Shown: positions 1-9,750 of the stretch, in pieces
Position numbering within the stretch: the stretch's first letter is position 1
How the letters are laid out: each line of letters opens with the position of its first letter
Assembly: GCA_949295085.1 (NCBI GenBank)
Contig: CASFJS010000003.1
Location: 2,695 to 66,694 of the forward strand
From: an uncultured Pseudomonadota bacterium
GTDB lineage: Bacteria; Pseudomonadota; Alphaproteobacteria; RF32; CAG-239
Direction of reading: 5' to 3'
DNA: 64,000 nucleotides
Program-made: the position numbers and the translations under genes
The notes under the pieces: model-generated
Told to the model about the DNA's origin: nothing
Database searches by the model: none
The model's input: the letters and a program-made list of their open reading frames with translations, nothing else

Positions 1-125
1 CGCACATTTTCGGCCACTCGCTGCATATTGATATACACAGCCTGAAATCCCGAGCGATTGCGGCAAAACTTATTAAGATATTCCAAAATACCGTTTTCTT
101 TTTTTATGTCTTGATTTTCTGCCAT
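1..125 (-). CDS. 5' end (first ~41 codons) of a gene running off the left edge; paralog of the adjacent GGDEF/EAL-like ORF
   Basis: Hand translation of the minus strand from the ATG at 125-123 gives MAENQDIKKENGILEYLNKFCRNRSGFQAVYINMQRVAENV. This aligns with the N-terminus of ORF 128-1405 (EKYFLEVLERISRNKSGYRVLYVNVSKLKPKN). The start lies 2 nt after the upstream TAA at 128-130. It is absent from the ORF track because the window edge truncates it. Confidence 0.5.
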   Translation of the reverse strand, partial: MAENQDIKKENGILEYLNKFCRNRSGFQAVYINMQRVAENV

Positions 126-127
126 CT

Positions 128-1405
128 TTACCCCGGATTCTTCTCCAAAAAATCTTTATACCGACATTCACCACGAACAGCCCCGGCAATAAATCGCCGT
201 CTCTTAAGACAATCCGCCGCCGAACATATTTTACCGTCAGGACATTTTGCCCGGATAAGAGCCACCTCAAAAGCGTCAATATACGGCCCCTGAAAAGACC
301 TTATATTGTTTTTAATACCCCAACGCAAAGCTTTCTCATCCGCGCACTTGGCCAAAATAAGCTTATCCGTCCCGACTGCCTGCAGCAAAGCCTTAATGTC
401 ATCAGTCTGGCCGCCGTATTCTTCCATCAGGGCATGCCAAAAAATCTTGATATAATCGGCCTCTAACCGGCTGATATTCAACGCTTGCAGCATTTCAATA
501 TTGGCGGCATCAATCAAAATAGCGCACTCTCTCTGATGCAACAGCTCCTTTGCATCAAAATAAGCTGCCAGATTGTTTAAAATATCCATCACCTGAACCT
601 CGGCCACAATCCTTTGACCGTTTTCCGCCAGATATTTCAAAAAGTCATCAAACTCAGGCAAAAATATCGTCGACAAATTGAGGTTAAGACTGACTCTTTT
701 CGGCTTATTTCTGATTTCCGAAAACATAAAAGAATACATCGTTTTCTTATCCAGCATCTGAGTCAGATACAAAAACAACCATTTATTCCCCGTCAGATCC
801 ATATTGGCATCAAACCGGCTGCTCAAATCTTTTACCGCCACAAAAAATTCCTCAAACACCAACTGAAAGCTGTTGGCGTTTTCCAGACGCAACACGCTCT
901 GATGCTTAATCAGGTCAACAATATTAATTTCATCCAAATGCCTTTCTACCGCATCAATCTGACTGGCATCAACCGGATACCTGTACGACAACAAATCCAG
1001 CGGCGCCCCGTTTTGCAACATTTGCTCGACACGCCCCTGTAAAAGATCAAAATCTTCCGGCTCATATAACTGTGTGAATTCGCTTGAGCTGTGCGCGGTC
1101 CATATCGGGTCGGTCACCAAACCGCGGCGGAGTTTATCAACGGCCTCCGCCACAATTTTCTCCGTAATATTTTTGCCCAAAATTGCAAAATCGCCATTTG
1201 ATAAAATAAACATCGAGCCATTGGCAATCGACACCAGATCATCAAACAAATGGGCAATAATCTTGGCAAATTTCGGATGTCTGTTTTTGGGTTTCAATTT
1301 AGATACGTTAACATACAAAACACGGTATCCGGATTTATTGCGCGAGATCCGCTCCAGAACTTCCAAAAAATACTTTTCCGTATCAAATTTCGTGTACCCG
1401 ACCAT
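128..1405 (-). CDS. Cytoplasmic signalling-type protein with degenerate GGDEF-like N-terminal and degenerate EAL-like C-terminal regions
   Basis: 425 aa with no TM segment. The N-terminal stretch RVLYVNVSKLKPKNRHPKF..LFDDLV..MFILSNGDFAILG follows the GGDEF-domain layout, with SNGDF replacing GGDEF. The C-terminal half follows the EAL order (VSLNLNLS, IVAEVQV, ILIDAAN, ADYIKIF, LILAKCADEKA..FQGPYI), but several catalytic residues are replaced. Assignment is by motif order only. Confidence 0.45.
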   Translation of the reverse strand: MVGYTKFDTEKYFLEVLERISRNKSGYRVLYVNVSKLKPKNRHPKFAKIIAHLFDDLVSIANGSMFILSNGDFAILGKNITEKIVAEAVDKLRRGLVTDPIWTAHSSSEFTQLYEPEDFDLLQGRVEQMLQNGAPLDLLSYRYPVDASQIDAVERHLDEINIVDLIKHQSVLRLENANSFQLVFEEFFVAVKDLSSRFDANMDLTGNKWLFLYLTQMLDKKTMYSFMFSEIRNKPKRVSLNLNLSTIFLPEFDDFLKYLAENGQRIVAEVQVMDILNNLAAYFDAKELLHQRECAILIDAANIEMLQALNISRLEADYIKIFWHALMEEYGGQTDDIKALLQAVGTDKLILAKCADEKALRWGIKNNIRSFQGPYIDAFEVALIRAKCPDGKICSAADCLKRRRFIAGAVRGECRYKDFLEKNPG

Positions 1406-1485
1406 TTTTCTTCCGTTGTTTATTTGTGTTTATTGTATCCTCTCTTTGCCGACAAAAGCAAGCAAATATACATCTTTTTCCTATT

Positions 1486-2625
1486 TTAGTCTTTGCCTAT
1501 ATTAATATTCCGGTTGGTATTAACCGCCAAAATAATTCCAAAACCGGCCATTACCGAAATAATAACCGTTCCGCCGTAAGAAATAAGCGGCAGCGGAATC
1601 CCGACCACCGGCAAAAGCCCCAACACCATCGAAATATTAATCATAACATATAAAAAATAATTCGTTGCCAGACCGATTGCGACCAACTTGCCAAAATAAC
1701 TGGCGCTGCGCAAGGCAAACACAAAACTGTAAGCAATAATCAAAAAGTTAACCAAAATAACAAATACCGCACCGATCATACCAAATTCTTCGGATAACAT
1801 GGTAAAAATAAAATCCGTATGCTTTTCCGGCAAAAAATTCAAATGACTTTGCGTGCCGTTCAAAAAACCTTTGCCGAATACGCCGCCGGATCCCAAAGCG
1901 ATTTTTGACTGAATAATATGATACCCGGCGCCCAGAGGATCCCTTTCCGGATCCAAAAAAGTCAAAACACGGTTTTTTTGATAGTTATGCAAAAAATGCC
2001 AGGCCAAAGGCATTGATAAAACTCCGCCGAGCAACACCACTCCGAATTTCCACAATTGCACCCCGACGGCAAAAAACATCGCCCCCGCACTAAACAACAA
2101 CATCAACGCCGTTCCCAAATCCGGTTGTATCAACACCAGCACCACCGGCAGCATAACCAACATAGCCGGAAAAATAAGTCCTTTAACACTCTCAATCTGC
2201 TGCAAAGAGACCGAGTTAAAATATCGGGCCAAAGCCAAAATCAAGGCAATTTTCATCAATTCGGACGGCTGCAGTTTGATAAATCCCAGGTTGATCCATC
2301 TTTGCGCCCCCATACCGACATGCCCGCCAATCTCAACCAATATCAATAATCCCAAAACCCCGAAATAAAACAAATAGGCATAACGCAAAAAGATTCTGAC
2401 ATCAATAAAAGCCAAAACCGACATAACGGCAAGCCCCAAACCAAACCGTATGATCTGTCTTATTGCCCACGGCTCCCAATTGCCGTTTGCCGCAGAATAA
2501 AGCATTACCGCGCCGACGGCTGCCAAAATCACAATCATCAACACATACGAAAAGCTGATTCCCCAGAACTTTTCCTTAAAGCTCAAACTTTGATTTCTAA
2601 AACCTGTTTCATATGCTTTATACAT
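1486..2625 (-). CDS. rodA: Rod-shape SEDS peptidoglycan glycosyltransferase RodA
   Basis: 379-aa polytopic membrane protein with FtsW/RodA family motifs (PSELMK, QPDLGTA, LPEKHTDFIF, IPLPLISYGGT). It is the last gene of the mreBCD-mrdA-rodA order. Confidence 0.93.
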   Translation of the reverse strand: MYKAYETGFRNQSLSFKEKFWGISFSYVLMIVILAAVGAVMLYSAANGNWEPWAIRQIIRFGLGLAVMSVLAFIDVRIFLRYAYLFYFGVLGLLILVEIGGHVGMGAQRWINLGFIKLQPSELMKIALILALARYFNSVSLQQIESVKGLIFPAMLVMLPVVLVLIQPDLGTALMLLFSAGAMFFAVGVQLWKFGVVLLGGVLSMPLAWHFLHNYQKNRVLTFLDPERDPLGAGYHIIQSKIALGSGGVFGKGFLNGTQSHLNFLPEKHTDFIFTMLSEEFGMIGAVFVILVNFLIIAYSFVFALRSASYFGKLVAIGLATNYFLYVMINISMVLGLLPVVGIPLPLISYGGTVIISVMAGFGIILAVNTNRNINIGKD

Positions 2626-2630
2626 GTCTC

Positions 2631-4454
2631 TTAATCCACCGGCTGATTTGTATCATCCAATTCCAAAGCGTATTTTAGTATCTTCCCTCCTATCGGAGCC
2701 GCAACAGACGAACCGGAACCGCCGTGCTCAACCAAAACCGCCACCGCATATTTTGGATTCTCATACGGCGCATACCCGACAAAAACCGCATGATTACGAT
2801 ACTTCCACGGCAACTCGTCTTGTTCCAGAACACCCGATTGCCGTTCTTTCATGCTGATACGCCGAACCTGAGTCGTTCCCGTCTTTCCGGCCATTTTTTG
2901 CCCTTTGAAACTAAACCCGGACATCACGGCCGTTCCCCCTGAGGCATTAACCACATCGTACATCCCCTGCCTGACCGTTTCAACATGTTGCGGCGAAACA
3001 TTCAGACTTTTAAGATTAAGGGCCCGCCCGTCGGTCATTTTCCGAAATGTCGGATAAACCTCATAACCGCCGTTGGCTATACGCGCCGTCATGGTTGCCA
3101 ATTGTACCGGCGTCACCAAAATATACCCCTGACCGATACCGGAAATAATACTCTCCCCCTGCTGCCACGGTTCGCCGAACCGCTTTAATTTCCACTCCGT
3201 ATTCGGAATCAATCCGCTTTTTTCATTTTCGATACCGATATTGGTCCTAACCCCCAGACCAAATCGCCGCGCCATTTCGGCAATCCGGTTAATTCCGAGT
3301 TTTTGGGCCGTTTCATAAAAGAAAATATCACATGAATGCTGCAAAGCCTGCACCACGTCAAGATACCCGTGACCTATGTCTTTCCAACAATGAAAAGTAT
3401 GATTCCCCAAAACCATTTTTCCGGCACAAAACGACCGGCTCTGCCTGTCGATAATACCGCTTTCCAAAGCGGCCAGAGCAACCACCATCTTAAAAGTTGA
3501 CCCTGGAGAATACAAACCAGACACGGCTTTGTTCAACAACGGATTTTTTTCATTATTTTGCAAAACATTCCATTCTTCTGACGATAACCCGTTGGTAAAC
3601 ATATTCGGATCAAATGCCGGTGCCGACGCAAACGCCAGCAGCTCCCCTGTTTTAACATTCATCAAAACAATGGCTCCGCTTTCATTTCCCAAAAGCTCAT
3701 ACGCTTTTCTTTGCAACCGCACATCCAGACTCAGTTCCACCGATTTTCCGGCTATACCGTCTTCTCTTTCAATCTCTTTCATAATTCTGCCGACGGCATT
3801 AACCTCAAGTTTTTGGTTACCGGCTTTACCGCGCAAATCCTGATCATACAATTTCTCAATACCGGATTTACCGATTTTGAATCCCGGAACCTCCAACAAC
3901 GGATCATCCCTGATATCGCCTTCACTCACCGCCGATACATACCCGACCACATGGGCAAACATATCTCCGTACGGATAATAGCGCGACAGCCCCTCATCAA
4001 TGATAATTCCCGGCAAATCAGGCGCATTAAGCAAAATTTGCGTTGCTTCCTCCCAACTGAGATTATCCTTAATTTTAACAGGAACAAAACTCCGATTCTT
4101 TTTCAAATCTTTACGAATCCGTTTTTCTTCTTCCGCGCTCAGCGGCATAATCTTTTGAAACGCCGCCAGGGTATCATCAACATTCGTGGTCTGTTCGGCC
4201 ACCATCAAAGCCTGAAAATTCTGCCGATTACCGGCCAACATCTGCTGATGTCTGTCATAAATAATTCCCCGCGGCGGAACCAGCAACCGTGTCGAAATCC
4301 GGTTTTCATCAGCCAACGTTGCGTACTTATCCGCCTGATATACCTGCAAATAATACAATCTGAAAACCAACAAAAACAACAAAAACAACTCCACACCGCC
4401 CAAAATCAAAGAGCGGATAATCAACACTTTGCCTTTGTCGTTATCGCGGTTCAT
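2631..4454 (-). CDS. mrdA: Penicillin-binding protein 2 (elongasome transpeptidase)
   Basis: 607 aa with an N-terminal TM anchor and transpeptidase motifs SPGSTFK, HSCD (SxD) and KTGT. It overlaps the mreD stop by 4 nt. Confidence 0.93.
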   Translation of the reverse strand: MNRDNDKGKVLIIRSLILGGVELFLLFLLVFRLYYLQVYQADKYATLADENRISTRLLVPPRGIIYDRHQQMLAGNRQNFQALMVAEQTTNVDDTLAAFQKIMPLSAEEEKRIRKDLKKNRSFVPVKIKDNLSWEEATQILLNAPDLPGIIIDEGLSRYYPYGDMFAHVVGYVSAVSEGDIRDDPLLEVPGFKIGKSGIEKLYDQDLRGKAGNQKLEVNAVGRIMKEIEREDGIAGKSVELSLDVRLQRKAYELLGNESGAIVLMNVKTGELLAFASAPAFDPNMFTNGLSSEEWNVLQNNEKNPLLNKAVSGLYSPGSTFKMVVALAALESGIIDRQSRSFCAGKMVLGNHTFHCWKDIGHGYLDVVQALQHSCDIFFYETAQKLGINRIAEMARRFGLGVRTNIGIENEKSGLIPNTEWKLKRFGEPWQQGESIISGIGQGYILVTPVQLATMTARIANGGYEVYPTFRKMTDGRALNLKSLNVSPQHVETVRQGMYDVVNASGGTAVMSGFSFKGQKMAGKTGTTQVRRISMKERQSGVLEQDELPWKYRNHAVFVGYAPYENPKYAVAVLVEHGGSGSSVAAPIGGKILKYALELDDTNQPVD

Positions 4455-4972
4455 AACCCCTCATCCTGAATAAACTTATTTTGAACAAACGCCAAAACCG
4501 CTGACACCAAAGGATAAAGCGCAACACCAATCAAATAACCAAACATCAGCATTGATATCGGCAAAAAACGACCATAATAAATCGAGACCACAAGCCATTT
4601 TATCAATATCGTCGCCAATGACAACGCCATAAAACCGTACCAGATAACAACAAACGGCTTGGCATTAAACAATCTTTGCGTATTATAGAGCAACACATAC
4701 ATTGTCAAATATGCAAACAAGGCCGCACCGGGCAAGGCCGAACTGACGGACATATCCAAAAGCCCCAAAACAACAATCGAGACCAAACTAAACAAATCCG
4801 GCCGGTGCAAAACCCAAAAATAGACGCATATCAAACCTAAATCAGGGCGAATATTATTCAAAAATGTCACATTAAGCGGTATATAGGCCAGCAACAAAAT
4901 AATCACCGAAGAAAGCAATGGTAAAGATTTTTGCAGAGACGACACGATATTTTCATTTAAGCTTTCATTCAT
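4451..4972 (-). CDS. mreD: Rod shape-determining protein MreD
   Basis: 173-aa multi-TM protein between mreC and mrdA. Size and position are typical of MreD. Confidence 0.8.
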   Translation of the reverse strand: MNESLNENIVSSLQKSLPLLSSVIILLLAYIPLNVTFLNNIRPDLGLICVYFWVLHRPDLFSLVSIVVLGLLDMSVSSALPGAALFAYLTMYVLLYNTQRLFNAKPFVVIWYGFMALSLATILIKWLVVSIYYGRFLPISMLMFGYLIGVALYPLVSAVLAFVQNKFIQDEGL

Positions 4973-5828
4973 CTGTCTTTTCCCGCTGGTTAATCAATCC
5001 CCCCAGACCGTACCGAACAATTTTGACATACTCAATCTGTTCCAGAGAAGTAAACGGCTTAACCTTAATTTCTGTTTTGGAAACAGCAACCACCTGACCG
5101 ACCGGAAGTCCTGCCGGAAAAACCCCCGATACTCCGGAAGTAACAATTCTGTCTCCGATATTGATTTCGGCATTCAACGGAATAAAAACAAGCTTCGGCA
5201 TCATGGTATTATCCCCCGACAGCACACCCCGAATGCGGGAATCTTCAACCATCACGGGAATTTTGGAGTTAATATCGGTAATCAAAATAATTTTGGCATA
5301 AGTATCCATAACCTTATCAACCCGCCCGATAACGCCGCTGTCTGATAAAACGACATCCCCTTTTTCAACCCTCTGATTATCAACATAAGCAACCATCGAA
5401 TGAGCAAAAGCATTACTTTCTTCCACAACCACTTTTGCCGAAACAAATCCGGCTTGCGGCAAAGGAACATAATTAAGCAAATTTGACAGTAATTTATTTT
5501 CAATTTCCAGGGCATTATATTTATCTTGCAAAATACGCAACCTTTCATTTTCGGCGCGCAAAGCCCGGTTATCGCTCTTAATTCTTTTCAACTCACTAAA
5601 ATAATCATAAACACGGCTTAACAACTTTGCCGGAACAACCAAAACACTGACAACCGGCGCCGTCATCTTGGTGGCAACACCTGTGGTCTGTTCCAAAATC
5701 AGCGAATGATTTTTATTTAACAACATCAGAATCAACGCCGCCAAAAACAAAATAACCAGCGCAAACTTTTTGGCCAAAAGCCGAAGCTGGTTAAGATGTA
5801 AAAACAAACTTCTGCGTCGTTTCATCAA
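4965..5828 (-). CDS. mreC: Rod shape-determining protein MreC
   Basis: 287 aa with an N-terminal TM, a coiled coil (RALRAENERLRILQDKYNALE) and a C-terminal beta region (GVIGRV, TSGVSGVFPAGLPVG). It lies downstream of mreB. Confidence 0.9.
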   Translation of the reverse strand: MMKRRRSLFLHLNQLRLLAKKFALVILFLAALILMLLNKNHSLILEQTTGVATKMTAPVVSVLVVPAKLLSRVYDYFSELKRIKSDNRALRAENERLRILQDKYNALEIENKLLSNLLNYVPLPQAGFVSAKVVVEESNAFAHSMVAYVDNQRVEKGDVVLSDSGVIGRVDKVMDTYAKIILITDINSKIPVMVEDSRIRGVLSGDNTMMPKLVFIPLNAEINIGDRIVTSGVSGVFPAGLPVGQVVAVSKTEIKVKPFTSLEQIEYVKIVRYGLGGLINQREKTDE

Positions 5829-5856
5829 TCTGTCTTTCTGTTAGAGCCCTTACACG

Positions 5857-5887
5857 GAAAGCCTGCTCGTCTATCAGGCAGGCTCTC
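5857..5887 (-). promoter_or_regulatory. Hairpin in the mreB-mreC spacer (possible attenuator or RNA-processing stem)
   Basis: A 10-bp inverted repeat with one mismatch (5857-5866 pairs with 5878-5887; core AGCCTGC/GCAGGCT) and an 11-nt loop. No clear U-run follows on the minus strand. Confidence 0.3.
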
Positions 5888-5907
5888 CGTTCCTTTTCTA
5901 AAATCAT

Positions 5908-6951
<1,044 letters not shown>

Positions 6952-7007
6952 TTATATCTCCGCTCAAAAATTTCAGTACTATTTTGTTTTTTATAACCAT
7001 CTCGGTT

Positions 7008-7038
7008 TTGTTGCAACAACAAATTACTTTGTTAACAA
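7008..7038. promoter_or_regulatory. Two related AT-rich palindromes upstream of mreB (candidate operator pair)
   Basis: TTGTTGCAACAA (7008-7019) and TTGTTAACAA (7029-7038) are both perfect palindromes sharing TTGTT/AACAA half-sites. Their centres are 20 bp apart, in the 136-bp miaA-mreB spacer. Confidence 0.3.
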
Positions 7039-7084
7039 CAAAAAAATCCCTTTTTCATCGCCCTTTTTCAATCACATATCTGCC

Positions 7085-7999
7085 TCAAAATTCATCCTTA
7101 TCCGCAACTTCTGCCGGCAGTGTTTTCAAACGGTTGCGAAACCATGTTAACTGTCGTTTGGCATATTGGCGGGTATGCAGTTTGGCAGCAGCCACGGCAT
7201 CATCCAGCGAACAGCCTCCCTGCAGATAACATCCGAGCTCCGGCACGCCGATAGCTTTCATCACCGGCAAATTTTCATCAAGCCCCCGTTGCAAAAGATT
7301 TTTTACTTCCTGCAACGCACCTTTTTGCATCATCATGTCAAAACGTTTCGCGCATCGGACATCCAATTCCGACAACGGCGGCAACAACGGAACAACGCAG
7401 AATTCGGCCTCCGGCAACAAACGCTTAAGCGGTTTTTCAAACCATTCGGCAATGGATTTTCCCGTATCCGTAAAAATTTCCAGCGCCCGCCGTACCCGCG
7501 TCGTGTCTTTGGGCCTGACCAAAGCGGCTCCCGCGGCATCAACTTCCCGCAATTTCCGGTAAGCCGCGTCCACCCCGCCACTGACAAAAATCTCGGCCAC
7601 ATATTTTTTGGCGTCCTCTCCGGTTTCCGGTATCGGCGATAAACCTCTAATCAAACTTTCAATATAAAATCCCGTACCGCCAACCACAATCGGCAATTTT
7701 CCTTTTTGCCAAGTCATTTTAACGGCATCAACAGCCTTGGGCAACCAATCGGCCACCGAACCGCTTTGTTCCGGCTCCAGATATTCATACAACAAATGCT
7801 CGACTTGTTGCCTGTCCTCAGGCGTCGGTGCCGCCGTAATAACCGGCACTCCCCGATAGATCTGCATGGCGTCGGCATTAATAATCGTCCCGTCATACTT
7901 AACGGCCAGTTCCATGGCCAAGCCGGACTTTCCCGAAGCCGTCGGCCCGACGATAACAACAACCGCGTTCGCAATATTAGTCAGCTTATCTTTCGGCAT
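7085..7999 (-). CDS. miaA: tRNA dimethylallyltransferase MiaA
   Basis: Contains the P-loop GPTASGKS and the IVGGTGFY motif. I moved the start from the track ORF (8026) to the ATG at 7999, giving MPKDKLTN. It overlaps the ddl 3' end by 19 nt. Confidence 0.9.
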   Translation of the reverse strand: MPKDKLTNIANAVVVIVGPTASGKSGLAMELAVKYDGTIINADAMQIYRGVPVITAAPTPEDRQQVEHLLYEYLEPEQSGSVADWLPKAVDAVKMTWQKGKLPIVVGGTGFYIESLIRGLSPIPETGEDAKKYVAEIFVSGGVDAAYRKLREVDAAGAALVRPKDTTRVRRALEIFTDTGKSIAEWFEKPLKRLLPEAEFCVVPLLPPLSELDVRCAKRFDMMMQKGALQEVKNLLQRGLDENLPVMKAIGVPELGCYLQGGCSLDDAVAAAKLHTRQYAKRQLTWFRNRLKTLPAEVADKDEF

Positions 8000-8892
8000 T
8001 GTGCATTTTCCACCAATTCGGCGCAAAGCGTTGCATAATCCGTTCCGGCATATTTAGCCTGCTCCGGCACCAGCGACAACGAGGTCATTCCCGGATTGGT
8101 ATTGATTTCCAACAAAACCACACCGTCCGCCTCATTCCAGCGGAAATCCGACCGTGAAACCGTCCGACACCCCAGTTCCCGATGCAGCTTTTCGGCATAA
8201 TTTTTACAAGTTTCCGCCACATTTTCCGGAATTTCCGCCGGCAGGACATGACGGGTTATACCGTCGGTATATTTGGCTTCGTAGTCATAAAACTCTTTTG
8301 CTGCTTTAAGTTCGGTCACGACATACGCTCTGCCGTTAAGGCACATCACCGTTAATTCATGTCCCGAAATATACTTTTCAACCAGAATTTCCGTATCCTG
8401 ATTCGCATAGTTTATCTTTTGCAAATCTTCCGGTATTTTGATAATAAAAACACCGACCGATGATCCGTCCGATACGGGCTTAACCACATAGGGGAGCGTC
8501 ATTTTTGCCCCTTTTTCAACAAACTCATGCACCGTCGTCTTATACCCCTCGGCCACCTTAATACGACAATTCCGGGCCACAAGTTTGGTCAGGGATTTAT
8601 CCATACCGATAACCGACGCCCTCATCCCCGAATGCGTATAGGGAATCTGCAACAAATCCAGCATTCCTTGTATTGTACCGTCCTCCCCCCAATTTCCGTA
8701 CAATCCGTTAAACACCACATCCGGTTTTTCCGCTCTTAAAACATCAATAAATTGCCAAACATCGGTCAAATCGTGTAAAACAACGTCATACCCTTTTGTC
8801 ATCAGGGCACCGGCAATATCTTTTCCGGCCGCTAAACTGACATCACGTTCGGCCGAAAAACCGCCGGTTAAAAGCAAAACTTTTTTAGCCAT
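7981..8892 (-). CDS. ddl: D-alanine--D-alanine ligase
   Basis: 303-aa ATP-grasp protein with GGFSAERDVSL near the N-terminus and LEINTNPGMT near the C-terminus. Confidence 0.93.
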   Translation of the reverse strand: MAKKVLLLTGGFSAERDVSLAAGKDIAGALMTKGYDVVLHDLTDVWQFIDVLRAEKPDVVFNGLYGNWGEDGTIQGMLDLLQIPYTHSGMRASVIGMDKSLTKLVARNCRIKVAEGYKTTVHEFVEKGAKMTLPYVVKPVSDGSSVGVFIIKIPEDLQKINYANQDTEILVEKYISGHELTVMCLNGRAYVVTELKAAKEFYDYEAKYTDGITRHVLPAEIPENVAETCKNYAEKLHRELGCRTVSRSDFRWNEADGVVLLEINTNPGMTSLSLVPEQAKYAGTDYATLCAELVENAQCRKIS

Positions 8893-8963
8893 TGATAAAA
8901 TCCTTTAAATTATATTTTTTTATGTTATCTTATGCGGCGAATATTAAAGAAAGATAAAATCTC

Positions 8964-9743
8964 ATGCGCAAAAACACAATCTTTTTTTTGTTTTTTTTAC
9001 TTTGTTGCGGCAAAGCACACGCTTTCAGCGTCAGGCATGATTTTTTTGTAACCGTCGGCCCGTTTGATGCCAGCAAAACCGAATTTACCTACACGCTGAC
9101 TCCCTCGGATTATCAAATAAAATCACAAATTTCCACCAACGGTTTTTTTAACACCGTTTATCCTTTTAAGGCCGAATATTATACGGCCGGCACCATTAGC
9201 GGCGACAAAATGACAACCGCCGATTACAGTTACACGTCGCAATCGCGTTTTAACACCCGCAGCAAACAAGTCTTCTACAATACCAAAGGCGAGCCCCAAT
9301 ATCAGATTTCCGCCAAAAACGGCAAAGAAAAGCGCAAAAATTTTACCCCCAGCCCGACGCCGGCCGATACCTTTGATCTGCAAACGGTTCTGGCCAAACT
9401 GACACGGCAATACAATCTGCTGGGCTTTTGCGACGCCAAGCTGGCGGTTTATGACGGCAAACGTCGTTTTGACGTCACTTTCAAGGACGAAGGAACCGAG
9501 AATCTCGCTCCTGACGAACATTCCTTTTACACCGGCGAAGCCGCCAAGTGTTCCATGCAAATAAGCAAACTTTTATCCGAAGATGATGATTCTTTGTGGG
9601 AATTTTCCGCCAACAAACCGGTCTGGTTTTGGATTGCCAGAGATTCTCTTTCCGGCTACCCGTTTATTGCCAGGATTCGCATTGACGACACCCCCCTCGG
9701 CAGTCTGACGGCTTACACAACTCAAATCACGATAAAGGAGTAA
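8964..9743 (+). CDS. Secreted DUF3108-like protein
   Basis: 259 aa with a signal peptide (MRKNTIFFLFFLLCCGKAHA) and beta-rich content. The pattern resembles DUF3108 family proteins as I recall them. Function is unknown. Confidence 0.5.
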   Translation: MRKNTIFFLFFLLCCGKAHAFSVRHDFFVTVGPFDASKTEFTYTLTPSDYQIKSQISTNGFFNTVYPFKAEYYTAGTISGDKMTTADYSYTSQSRFNTRSKQVFYNTKGEPQYQISAKNGKEKRKNFTPSPTPADTFDLQTVLAKLTRQYNLLGFCDAKLAVYDGKRRFDVTFKDEGTENLAPDEHSFYTGEAAKCSMQISKLLSEDDDSLWEFSANKPVWFWIARDSLSGYPFIARIRIDDTPLGSLTAYTTQITIKE

Positions 9744-9750
9744 TGATTTC

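Noticed and set aside
3711-4469. 252-aa plus-strand ORF antisense to mrdA
   Set aside because: A shadow ORF inside a clearly recognised PBP2 gene, with an implausible composition.
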